From Paramecium tetraurelia (lineage: Eukaryota): a stretch of DNA of 64,000 nt. Numbering within the stretch: position 1 is the first letter of the stretch; every line of letters starts with the position of its first letter. The position numbers and the translations under genes are program-made. Under the pieces are notes generated by a model, which searched no databases, had not been told where the DNA came from, and saw nothing but the letters and a program-made list of their open reading frames with translations. Of this stretch, positions 29,196 to 41,748 are shown piece by piece. The stretch is from contig CT868038.1 in NCBI GenBank assembly GCA_000165425.1, positions 1 to 64,000 of the forward strand, read 5' to 3'.

Positions 29196-29516
29196 ATGGA
29201 TAACCTACTCACTGCTCTTATAACTCATTTGATTGATAGCAGTAATCCTGATTATGTTTAAATAATGAGTAACTACGAATGCTTTAGATCCATAATCAAT
29301 GCCAATATTGACGCATCTGCAAAAGCATTCTAAATTGAGAAATTTCTGCAATCTCTCAAACCAGAACAGCGACATACTCACAGAAGTTCCAATTATGATC
29401 TTCAGCCTCGATCGAAACAATTCAACAGTTCATTGGTGTTAGTAGAAGCCAAGCTTTTTGAAAAGAAATTCCAACAACATACCCAAGAAATAGAAGACAT
29501 GTTAACAAATCTTTGA
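29196..29516 (+). CDS. Hypothetical 106-aa protein
   Basis: Intronless ATG-to-TGA ORF MDNLLTALITHLIDSSNPDYV...EIEDMLTNL*, 18 bp downstream of the CDPK stop. Confidence 0.55.
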
Positions 29517-29569
29517 ATATTATTTGGTTTCATTTATGAAATAGATATTTCTTATAAATCATAACAACA

Positions 29570-31148
29570 TCACTATTCCCCATATCTTAATTAGTTCCTG
29601 ATTCAACAAATACTTTCACTTTCCCACTCTTCCCAAAAGCACTATCAATTTTCCCTTGAATGTTCCCTTACTTGATAACAATCAACTTCCCTATATAATT
29701 AGCGATATTGGTTTCTTTCTTAAATAAATCCTTAATAAGTAAGGTGTAATTGTCGATCACCTTCTCCACCTTCCCATTTTTCGTCTTCTTTCTGAAAACT
29801 CTTAAGAAATTCTATTGAAATATTTATTAAGCTGTATAAGAGAACAGTATATTTCCATAAAATGCAATTCTACATATATTAGCTTCTAAATCAGTGTCCA
29901 ATTTTGAACCTATAACCAACGAATTCATAGAAGCAATCAATGGCTTTTCCAATTGGAGTACACCATACAAATTATACTTCTCTTGAAGTTTTATATAATC
30001 TAAAAGTGATAATAATCAATACATACCTTCATAATCCTCCAGGTATTCCCCCTCGCTATTGATCTCCAATTATAAATTCTTTGGTCTAATGATCAATTTC
30101 AATTATCCCATTACAGTCAAATGACCTGAAGTGATATGAAACTTATTCTAAGACTTTAATTACCCCTTATAATAACTAATCTTCTTAAAATCGATAACTA
30201 TATTTTCTAATAATGAAACAATCCCTGGTTAACATACGATTCCCCTCTCAATCTCTTTGGCATCTAAATTGGTGAATAAGGCAGCAATTCTATCTCCAGG
30301 TTCTCCAATCTGAACAGGTTTCTTAAACATCTATAGACTTTTGATCTTCTTATTCAAATTGAGCATAGGAAAAAAGACCTCATCGTTTGGTTTCATTGAT
30401 CCTTAGATGATCGTACCAGTAGTGACTGTTCCTTATCCCTTGATTTAGAAGCAATGATCAATCATAAACAACAGACCCTTATTCAATTAAGCCTATCTAT
30501 TGGGAATGGTGATATTGTGAAGTAGAATTCCTAATAAATCTTCTATTCCAATTGCTTAAACCGCTGAGACAGGTACTAATGAAACCTAATTTCCAAACTT
30601 TGTCTTAGATAGCACATTAGAAATAATTTTTTTTTGTTTATTAATTACTTCCTCAGTTGCTAGATCTATTTTGTTCAAGACCACAATTAATTTATCAGCC
30701 AATATCTCGCCAATTACTAAACATTCAGCAGTTTAAGTTTAAATGCCTTTAGTCACATCAATCACTAAAAACATCATATCAATAATTTATGCTCCTCCTA
30801 TGATGGTCTTGATTAATGATGCATGTCCAGGACAATCGACTAGTGTAAATTGAAAATATCTTAAATGATTTATTGTCGATACTTTCCCTATTCATTTGGA
30901 TTACGAGTGTAAAAGGCACTGAACCCCAGATCCAAAGTAATTCCCCTCTCCTAACTCTAAGGGTTCTTATCTAATGAGGCTGTTGATGTTATCTAAATGG
31001 TAGATATATTAATTACTTTAGACAATGTCTTAACCAAAGAGGTCTTGCCAGAATCAATATGTCCTAAGACACCAACATTAATGTTGATGGTATTTAATTT
31101 ATTGACTTGCTCTATTTCTTGTTATGAGATGAATAAACTTTATTCCAT
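29570..31148 (-). CDS. EEFSEC: Selenocysteine-specific translation elongation factor (eEFSec/SelB)
   Basis: NINVGVLGHIDSGKTSLV, ASLDKNPQSQERGITLDLGFSAF, FTLVDCPGHASLIKTIIGGAQIID, GIQTQTAECLVIGE, LNKID, IDHCF, FHITSGHLTVMG, CRIAF. Confidence 0.93.
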
Positions 31149-31168
31149 TTATTAAGTATATAAATAAA

Positions 31169-33457
31169 TCAATAATGATCTTCATGCATAATTTAATATT
31201 CCACTTTTCTCTCCTGAGTGATGCCTTGCAACTACAAAGAATACTCAGCGATTGCTTTCTATTTCGTAACAGGATTCTCCCTGTCATAATCAGTATCAAA
31301 GTCGATCTATGCTTTTTTATATGAAACAGGCTAATGTCATATATTATTAGTACTTCTTCAAAGTTCTTGATTGGAAACATGCTGTCAACAATACGATGTA
31401 TTGGTAAGACTTAAAAACTCAATCCAATGATTACTCCAATTGTTGAATAAATATCAAAGTCTTAGTTAAGAAATAATGAGACTGCCATATTACCCAACGG
31501 ATTGAATAGGACAATGAATTCAAGCATATTTATCATTTACCATGATAACTCTTAGGATATGCTCTCCTTCACTGTTCTCCTTCTCAAAATGTTATACTTA
31601 TCAACGAGGTAAAATAAACTTAAACCGATTAAAGAACTGAATACACCTATAGGAATTGCAGTTCCAAAGAAGAAGGTGAACCACATAGTCTTGATTATGT
31701 CTGCATACCTCATGGCTAATTGGTAATCAACTTCCTCCATGATTTCGTTAGCCTCCTTTTGGGTCAGTAAACAATCATTCACTTTCTAAATCTGATGGTC
31801 TCTTTGCAGTTTTCTAATCAGAGTCCAAGGATCAATAAACCAAATCAATGGTGCTATGGCAGCATTCATAATAAAAATCAGAGACTCATTATACAAGAAT
31901 CCACCAAAGCCATACACATTACTGAAAATCAAGATGTCAATAACATAGCTAACAATAGCAGCATTTACAAATAAGGAAATGGTTAATTTGTTAGCGTAAG
32001 AAGTCTAAAATTTGGTATTGGTAGATATCTTTTCAATTTTAGTGACCCACTTCATTAAGGGTTCAATTAATAGTTTGTTGACCAAGACAATGGTTGAAGC
32101 AATGGCAAATGAAATCATTTAAACATGCTTCAACTTCTCTTTATCGTCTACACCAATCCTCCTTTTTTCGAGTTCTTCGTTGTAGACTAGTCGAATGCAT
32201 CGGATTGATAAATAATAAATAACAAAGAATGTAACTCCTTACAAAGCAAGGGTAATGAAGAATCCCTTGATTCTGGCGATTATCTTATCTTGAGTCAAAG
32301 TGGCCAAGTTTTCCCACAAGATATCATTAGGTTCAGGTGCCTACTCGATGAAAAGTTTCTAAGCCTGCCACTACAATTCCATCTCATCCAAACCTGGAGT
32401 TTTACCAGAATATAAAAACGTCTTCATCTTATCAATCAGAGTATGTGCATTTTAACTAAGAACTAGGTCCTTCATTTTTTCACTTTCAAACGATACAAAA
32501 GCGATGCCGCTGAATTATCTATTAGTCCAAAAGTACTCCTCTTATAGATCTTTGATTCTCCTTTACGAAGTTTCAATTTCGAGTTCGCAATCTCTGACAT
32601 CCTAACATTCATATTTCATATTCGATGTTTATAAAGCGATCTTTTTCTTCTGTAGAGACTTTTCGATCTTAGCTTCTTCAGCCAAGATTTCTGTAATATC
32701 GTAGACTAAAACAACTTTGGTAACAGTTATTTAAAAGTTAGTATCTGATACTGCGTAGTTTTAAAATATATTAGTTAGTTCCCATCTATAATTGACATTC
32801 AAAGTTTTTGGGATATTGGTCACCATGATAGTGTAATCGCTTGGAGTTAGTTATGATTCATCTATTTGATTGTCTAATTTCTTTTGGTGTCTTCTGAAAA
32901 ATTGGAGTAGAATGATCATTATAATTAGCATAATAAGATTGGCCTTTTGGATGAACACCACCACTTCTGAGTTGCTAATTTAAAATGAATACAATCACTT
33001 TAGTTTATTGGCTATAGACAATTTAAGGAATGCGGATTCTTGACAATTAGGTTCCATCTACTGTGAAATTGGATTCAGGGATTATTATCTAAATAACCAT
33101 CAGATTTACTAGCAAAATTCACCATGATAATTGCTCAAAATATTGAAAATGGCTACAAGACTTTACAGACATAATAACAGGATGCAGAATTTCAAAAAAT
33201 TGTAAAACAATGGAAAACCTGCCCCCAAAAATTTGAGTTATTTGATATCATCACAATATGGAATTTCCTTTCTCTCTATTTCAAACCCACAACAAGGACA
33301 TGTCTCAGCTGAATAGAAAATCATAAATACGTTTTTTAGGTTCTTCATCATCTTCATAATCAATATGAGCCTTAGTATCAGGAGCAGTTCGTCTGGCCAA
33401 TGCATGCTTTCTGGCCACATTCCAATCACAAGGCATCTTCAATGGGTTGTAATCCAT
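31169..33457 (-). CDS. OSCA/TMEM63 (CSC1)-like multi-pass channel
   Basis: TPSDYTIMVTNIP, SGIAFVSF, APEPNDILWENL, TQKEANE, RYADIIKTMWFTFFFGTAIPIG, VDKYNILRR, FDTDYDRENPVT, plus many TM segments. Confidence 0.8.
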
Positions 33458-33704
33458 TATAAATAAATTTTGTCAATCAAAAAAATTATTTATATTTAAT
33501 CACCCAAAGAGCTTGACAATAAATTTGATTATGCTAAAACTCATAGGATAGATAGAGTATTAAGGTTATGGATTGTCCTCCTAGGTCGTACTTCTTACTC
33601 CTTCTCGAATATTAATACTTCTCTTTATATCAATATTAAACACATACGCTAATTATGTAAGAATGTTTCATTTTACTCTTTTTAACTAATTATTAATATA
33701 AATT

Positions 33705-36004
33705 ATGGAAACTGACGAAGCTCCTAAACCAAAGAAAGCACCCTACAAATCAAAAAGATACTTCCTAAGTTCATTGAATACTTACTTTGGTTATCAATTA
33801 GTACAACTGTGTACTCATTTAGATTTAATAACTTCGCAATGACATTGAGCATCCTGAAGATCCAAATCTTATTGTAGGCACCACAATCTTATAAAGCAAA
33901 TACCCTTTGCATCCAGCAGTTAGAAAAGTTATCGATGTATGATTAACATTCAGTACCTAAATAGCCATCCAAAATGTCATTTTTATAAAAAGTCATCTTA
34001 GATAGTGATGTGATAGTCTATGACATTAACACATGTGATCACAGTGAATGCGAATATGCAATCAAAACCTTGAAATTAGGCACTTATGACGAAGAAAAAA
34101 TATTGATTCTCGTTTCATCAGTAATGGCTTGGTCAGCAACCGATCCCAAAGAAAAGAAGGCTGGAGAAGAAGATGAAGACGGAGGCTACCCTCCAGAATC
34201 TGGAGAAGAAGATAACAAACCATTAGATGATGGTGAGGATGCACCTCCTAAGAAGGAATATACACGTTTTAATGAAAGTGATTATCCTAAGAGGAAAGCT
34301 TTACCTGAATTTGAGAGCTTATGTTCTCTCGAAAGTCTTTGCTTGAGTATTAATAGACCAAATCTCAGGACATTTATACTTTGCGCAGGTATTTTGTATG
34401 GAATGGGAGAAGATCACTTTTACACCAAGTTCAAAGGGGCTTGGTTATAGAATACAATAACATTTTATAATAAAAATAAAGTGCCATGCATTCACGTTAA
34501 AGATTTGGCTTTATTTGTGTCGAAATTGGTTGAGAAACCAGTCAATCAAAAATATATTTTTGCAATTGATCACAATCAAAATCCATCTCATAAAGCCATC
34601 ATAGAATCGATATCTAAAGGAGTGGGAAACCAGAAAATTCAGCAATCTAATGTGGCAATCCCTGAATTCAAAATTGATCTAAGGATGAAGCCAACCAAAG
34701 TATTCGATGCTTTCCTTGAAGAATAAGGAGATCAAGGAGATGAAGAACAGGCAGTTGATAAGTTTACATTTAATTGGTGGTGTAAAGAAGGTATTAGAGC
34801 TAATATCGCAAAGATAAGATAAGAATTTGTTGATTATCATAACTTAAAACCAATCCGGATTGCCATTACAGGTCCACCTGGAATTGGGAAAAGCACTATT
34901 GCTAATTAAATATCCACTTATTTTAGTATTCCTCACATCACCATCAAAGAATTGATATAGGAATACTTGAATTAAACAAGCGAAGAAGTGGAACAATTGA
35001 AGACAAACTTGGAAGAGAACAGAGCTCAACTTGTTGAAGAAGCCAGAGCTTAATATGATATTTAAAGAGAGAAGAGAAAACAATTGAAACAACCTTACAT
35101 CCCATTTGATGACAGTAAAATAGAAGCAAGATTGACAGATGAATAATTGATTACTATTTATAAATGGCGATTGATGTAGAATGATTGCTAGAATAGAGGG
35201 TTTATATTGGATAATTACCCAAAAACACATGCATAAGCCAGATAATTATTTTATAATACTGAAGGAGAGGGTGAGGAGTAAAAATTTACTCTTAATAAAT
35301 TGATATTGCCTGAACACTTTATAGTGCTAGCTGGCAATGATGAATAAATAATCGACAGGATTAAGTTCTCAAAAACTCATAAATATGATGAAGAAGTACT
35401 CCTCAAAAGATTGAAGAATTACAAAGTACTCAATACTAAAAAGGGATACACTATTTTGATTGACTTTTATAAGGAGTTGAAGGTGGACATATGTGAGATC
35501 TCTGTGTTCAATAAGTAGACTAATATTTAGGATACATGCAGAAGCTTTATTGAGAGGGTATGATTCTGACATTAATTTTAGAATGGGAAGTATAGGAATT
35601 ACAAGCATATTGAGTAGGATTAGGAAGAGAGTAGGTTGAATGACAAGAAAGAGTAGTTATTGAAGTAGGAGGAGCAAAACTAAAAATTGAAGGAGTTGAG
35701 GGATAAGAAGGAAGATGAGTTGTGGAAGATTCAAGAGGAGGAGTACAGGATCAAGCAGGAGCATAGTGTGAATTATGAGAAGGAATTACTCGATTCAAGG
35801 TCTCTGCCATTGAGGTAAGACATTTAATTAAATGATAGATAATATTTGAATGACAATGTAGTACCATTTATTACAGAGGGTTTAGTGGAGATTGTTAAAC
35901 AGAATCCAGAAAATGTGATTGACTTTTTATCTGAATTCTTGTTTAAGAGATCATTGCAAGTGAGATTCCCAGATCCCAAATTGTATTTTGAGAATTCTGA
36001 GTGA
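33705..36004 (+). CDS. AK7: Adenylate kinase 7-like (NAD-binding-fold N-terminus, AK core, Dpy-30 motif)
   Basis: LVSSVMAWSAT, AGILYGMGE, P-loop GPPGIGKST, RGFILDNYPKT, C-terminal PLRQYLNDNVVPFITEGLVEIVKQNPENVIDFLSEFLF. Confidence 0.92.
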
Positions 36005-36026
36005 TTCGATACCTAATAACCAGAAA

Positions 36027-36886
36027 TCATATATTTATTTTTTATAGTCTTTTTTTCAATTTTAATGAATTCCATTGATTGTCAGTCTAAGATTTTTATT
36101 CTTTATATTGAGTGGAGTACTCCTTTGAATCCATTCGGACGTACTTACCCTCAACTTAAGAAGGGTATTCTAGACTGTAGTTTGAAAATCCCTTGTTCAG
36201 AATGTAGAGGTCGGGGTAATGTAGCCTGGGATAGTCGTTCAGGTTGCGATCGGTGTTTCGTATTTGTTTATAACTAAAGGAAAATTAAGGGAGCAATTAC
36301 ATTTAGACACTTCTCTTTTCGGAGAATTCACAGTATAGCACAATTACTGGTTTTACGGTAGGAATTTATTTAAAAAATATAGACTCTATCTCGAAGGGGT
36401 TGCAAAGATGAGTTGCACCTTGGATGTGACCACCCTCAAACTCAAATTTGTAACGACAATCAAACAATGTAATATCATTAGCATTTTTATACTAAATTAT
36501 TAATTACTCAATTTTACTAAAGTTTCTGGGTTTATATAATTAACAGCATCCTTTTCAAAGTGCTATATTCTATTGGATCCCTCTTGCTCTTCGCAGAAAT
36601 TAACTGGAACTCTGAATGAACTGAAAAATTCTTATCTTTCAAATTATCTTTCAGGACTGCTGGTTTCACTCGAAATCGACACTCCTCTTCTCAACCAGGA
36701 ATCGTCTCCTATGACAATTCTTTTGTTTGGATTTGAAAATTGCTGGCTTCTTGTCGGACTCGACAATAACAACTCATCTCCAAATCTCTTCGTAGAATGA
36801 CTCGAATCGCAGTCAAAAGAGCTTAATGACGCACAAGTCTTGAATAGAGGCAAGAAATTAGGCATATCTGACGATGAACAATACAT
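36027..36886 (-). CDS. CDC25: Cdc25-like (rhodanese-fold) phosphatase
   Basis: YINPETL, LFDCRYKFEFEGGHIQGA, catalytic VLYCEFSEKRS (Cx5R), DRNLNDYPRLHYPDLYILNKGF, YVRM. Ser-rich N-terminus. Confidence 0.88.
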
Positions 36887-36935
36887 TTTAACTTTCCGCT
36901 ATTTTAGTTTTAAATATAAATATATATATATAAAA

Positions 36936-38033
36936 TCAAATCAAAAATGCTTTACGGCATAATGGACACTTCACCTAAATGTATTACCTTTGGCCCATTG
37001 AACTGCAGCACTGAGTACATATCAGATGTCCGCATAACTACCCAATCACAACAGAAGCTTCATTCATTTGTTAACTACAAACAGGGCATTCCGTATTGTA
37101 TTCTCTCCAGTTTGTTTTGCTATTTTATTGATAATTCCAAAATGCAGCTACATAATATACTCAAATCCTAACTTATATCGCAATACGTTCTTTCTTCCAC
37201 CTCCAATTCTCTATTACAACCATCCTCCCAAATAAAGTTGTCCCCACTCACTACTACAAACTTATACTCCAATTGATCGTCCTAAATTATCATACCCAAT
37301 TTCCAATTGTAATCGAGGTATCTTTTCATTAATCGACCTCGCTTTGGATTCCATTTACCTAATTACTCTGTATTACCCACAACAACCAAATAATCATTAC
37401 AGGAATTGGTCTTATAATTGATTGAAAAGTGGACGAATCTAGGAACTTTCCCAAGTGACTTCTCGTTCGTTTTCCTTTCCCATTCAGCCTTTAATTCCAC
37501 TGACTATGGCGCAGTTAAAATGTTATAATTTCTATTGTGAGTTCGTTCCCAAGTTATCTCATTGCTGAACATTTTAGTGATGGCAAATTTGTATTCAAAT
37601 GACTTAGACACAGATATCGTGAGATACCAAGTATTTCCATTTAAAATCATAATCTAAGCATCCTAAGGATTCCAATTCCCAAGTTCTTAGATACTCCCTA
37701 AAACACAAGGAACATAAGGCCAATTGATTTGTTTATTTAAAGCAAAGGTGACTTGCTTTTAGCCAAGTGTTACTTGCATCTTATCCAAACTGTCATCTAC
37801 ATTAACAAATAGAAAATACTAATAATTACATAAGAGTCCTTCTCGAAGCTAATTTTCCTCTCGAATCTAGTGTTATCATCCAAAGAGTATGTGACAATCT
37901 CATTATTTTGGATAATGAATTATGAAGTAAACTTGTTCTTGTTCACCCTATTTAATTGGAATGAATGGTCATTTGAACTTAAATTCACATCTTTGGGTGC
38001 ATTAGTGGTTTTGAGCTGATATTGAACAAGCAT
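36936..38033 (-). CDS. Tandem CBM20 (starch/glycogen-binding) plus C-terminal RING-HC protein
   Basis: CBM20 #1 VLGSIQELGNWNP...FEYKF...ITWERTHNR. CBM20 #2 VVGNTEQLGKWNP...LEYKFVV...IWEDGCNR. After a 25-nt intron (37148-37172): CPVC-x14-CGHLICTQC-x13-CPLCR. Confidence 0.88.
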
Positions 38034-38202
38034 TGACTTGCGAAATGAATATTAATTATATATATGAAATATAAATACTCATTATTTATTCAATTGCTAA
38101 TTGGGAAGAGTATGTTCTTAGCTATTAAATTCAATATTTAACATAATCGATTTATAGTTTTTGTTCAACACTACGTCAATCAATTAAGCTTAATTATAAT
38201 TA

Positions 38203-40817
38203 ATGAGTACAAGTAGATACATTTCGAAGAAGCTTCAGCCATTTCTCACTTCCAAATAAGAACTAACTCAGCTTCTTCAAAAACTAGAGAAGGAGCAAAA
38301 GGATGAGGAAACTTAGAGCGATTAATACTTTGATCAATTGGCAAGAGTTGAAAAAGTAAAAATGACAATCATTTATCATTTAAGGAGTATGAAACTCTTG
38401 TCCACATCTTAGAAGAGTATGGCAAGAAGATAGCTAATAATTAGAATGGAGAAACAGATTAAGCCTAAGATGCAGATTTTCGGATTGAAAAAGCTGTTAT
38501 TGAGACATTGAATTTATACTTGCTAGCCAATAGTAGAAAAGAATAACTGGAAGCACTTTAGGAAAGAGAAATAGCGAAAAGGCAATCTTCTCTGAATCTA
38601 ACTCTTGGCAAGCATGTCAACAATGAATAAAAAATAGTTGAAGATGATAACTAATTAAATGAAGATGAGTATGGTTATTATGTAACATTGAAATCTGAAG
38701 ACACTTCTATGGATGTTAAAATACCAGCAACCATTAAAACCTTTAAAGAGTTGAAGTAGATCATCAAATCTTGCTTTATGTTAGAAGAAAATGAGATATT
38801 TTGCACAGATCTTATGGGCAATCTGTTCCAAGATAATATGGTTTTGTTAGATGAAATATATCCTCCTCTTTTTGATTTAATGAAGAACTATCAACCTATT
38901 ATTGGAATCCAAGTGGTGAAATAAGTTAAACTCAAGGAAGTTATTTAGAGTGGGGATGAAAGTTTGTTATCTGATGATGGAGCAAGATTTTTCATTAAAA
39001 GATTCCAAACAATCAAACCTGTTTAAAAAAAAGTTAATTGGAATATATATTTCGGCTACTTAAACAATTTTAAATATTTTATTGAAACAATATTGTTTCT
39101 CATGGTACTTGGCTTATTTTTCGTGGTTTAAATTGATTCATTTAAATTTACTACTAGTTCCTCTGTGATCACATCATTTGGAAAACAGATTTAGATTTCT
39201 AAATCACTATTATCGCCGATCTAGAACATTTCCTAGCTTATTAATTAAACTCTCAACGATGACACTGATAATACTCTGTATCCAACTTATCCTTTAGTAT
39301 CTGGATTGTTGATATAAACACTAGTTAAAGAAGTAAAAATTAATATCATCTAGGAAAAATTACAAAATTGTTCTATCCTAAATCCTAATTAGAAATAGTT
39401 GTTCATTGATAACAATTAGAGTTGTTTAGACTTCTCTACTCTCCTGACAGATAATTTATCTGGAGAATATGAATTCAACATCTTTAATCCTACTATCTAC
39501 AATCAAGATTTTGGAGGGTATGTTTGGGAATTGAACTTAGCATCCAAAGAGGAATTCAATGAAAACATCTAATTGCTTTAATAGAAGCAATGGGTTTAAT
39601 ATAACGTCAAATCCTCAAAGTTCATCTTAAATTATTTTAACTCTCCTTCAAAAAGACTCATCTAAGTAGTTATTACAACTATTTACCTATTTAACGATGT
39701 ATGTACATATTGCTATCTAGATGTTATTAAATTATAACACAATTGCCTTAGAATCATTTAATCTTAACAAACCTTCTGAAACTGAGGATTTTTATGACGA
39801 AATTATATTTTATTTATCTATCCTACTCTTGTCTTTATCATTTTTAGGTGAGAGAATTAATCACATTTATTCTAGATTTCTTCGCCATTTACAAAAAGAC
39901 ATCTGAGAACCCTTTTATTTTTTTCTATCACTCATATTGTGAACTAAAAAACAAATAAAAAAAGTTATAATCCAAAAAAAAAGAATTGTAAAGTGTAGAA
40001 TTGCAAGAATTACAGTAGAAAGAACTCATCATGGGAGATTATTTTATTTTAAAAATATCCTCTGTGTATGTTGTGATTAAAATTCCCTTGATATTTGACT
40101 TTGTTTGTAATAATAACAAATAAAATAGACATTCTATCCAATATTACTTTATTAGTTAGGAAATCAATCTAGGATCTTTACACTAATGCGTTAGATGATA
40201 TTTAATTGAATTCAAATGTATATTAAGATACTGACAAACTATATGTTCCTGCATTTATTTTGAAAATATACACAGGAGTGTAGGTACTACTTTTAATGGG
40301 ATCAATAATACGGTTTTTAGGGAATTGGAGTCCTTACCTCAAATGTTACGGATTGGTGATGATAAGGGTAAACTATTTAGTAATATTCTAGTTCAACAAA
40401 TAATCTTCATTTTTATTGTTAGTCCTCATATTCATCATCAGTATAAGTGCAATGTCTTGGTCCATAACCATTCAAGGGAAGTTGATGTATTAAGAAAATT
40501 TTTTCTATGATTTTCTTGGCTTATTACGTTGCAGTTTAAAATATGGAATGCATAATGACCTGTCGGAGTTGGGACTGGAAAATAACTATTAGAAACAAAT
40601 AAGCTACTCTTTCGAAACTAGATATGTATTTAAGATCAATAAGATTAAGCTACAATACTTGATAATCTTAGTTATATCCTACATCATGGTTCCGATATTC
40701 ATCTCATTGATGACACAGCAGGTACACAACACTAAACAAGAAGCCGAACAAAAGATGTTAGAAATGCAAAAAGAAAAGCAAGAAGAGAAGTTATAAAAAA
40801 AATAAAGATAAAAATGA
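38203..40817 (+). CDS. Polycystin-2/PKD-channel-like membrane protein (divergent)
   Basis: GGYVWELNL...IQLLQQKQWVQYNVKSSKFILNYFNS resembles the polycystin TOP-domain signature and is followed by several TM helices. Coiled-coil termini. Several short introns. Confidence 0.55.
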
Positions 40818-40829
40818 ATTTTACTCTAT

Positions 40830-41709
40830 ATATTTCAATAAGTTTGTGGTGGGTTTATTATGATATTCTTTTTATTCCATTTTTGAAGTTCTCCTTATTC
40901 AAATTGAAGAGTCCCCTGCTTTCTCATCTAGTCTTTGAATTAATATTAACTACAATGGTCAGAAATAAATTTAATTGATTCCTACTTCTTCTCTAGGATT
41001 TGGCCAATCATTAAGAGTGATCTTAAGTAGTGGGGAAGGCTAGCGTTTGCTTGTAGTGTTGGTGGTAGTCTATAAATATATTGAATATAATATTGATATG
41101 AATGAAATAGCAAAAACATCAAGATAACAAGAATCACATCTTACATTGGAAACCAATTAAGACACCGCTTATGATTGATAAAACAACCAAGCCCATGAAG
41201 TTGAGCAAGATGATGTCCTTTCATAATTGAATATTGATTTACAAAAAATTCCGGAAACAAATAACAAGCAGTGTAGGTCAAGAATATTTCGGTGTGTCCC
41301 ACTATGCAGCGCTGGATTCTTTGAATAGGGATATGTTACATCTTTATATTTTTCTGAATACATTTCCATATAGTTGTTCACGCTAAGCAAGAGGGCTGTA
41401 AGGAATCCATGTTGGAACACAATAATTGGGAATGCCAAATACGCCAATTGATCAGCGATGATTTAGGTTCTCTTGGCAGATACGTGTGTTGCTCCGATAC
41501 AGCTGAGCATTCTTCCTGCCATCCAAGTTTAAAAGCTCAAAGTCAAAAAGGCGTTCTGAGCGAATATTAATTGCAGCACTGCGAAAATGATGGAAAATAT
41601 GAAGCACAGTTCGGATGGCACTAAAATCAACATAATCTGATTTACTGGTGGGCGAGATGAACATCGACAGTATGTAATTATGATAGTATCGGAGACATCT
41701 ATCTAACAT
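40830..41709 (-). CDS. Hypothetical multi-pass membrane protein, weakly CDP-alcohol phosphotransferase-like
   Basis: MLDRCLRYYHNYILSMFISPTMPSELCFIFSIIFAVLQLIF... with hydrophobic segments and plausible introns. 3' exon structure ambiguous. Confidence 0.45.
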
Positions 41710-41748
41710 AATAATTTCTTTTTCTAAAATTTAAATTACAAAAAAAAA

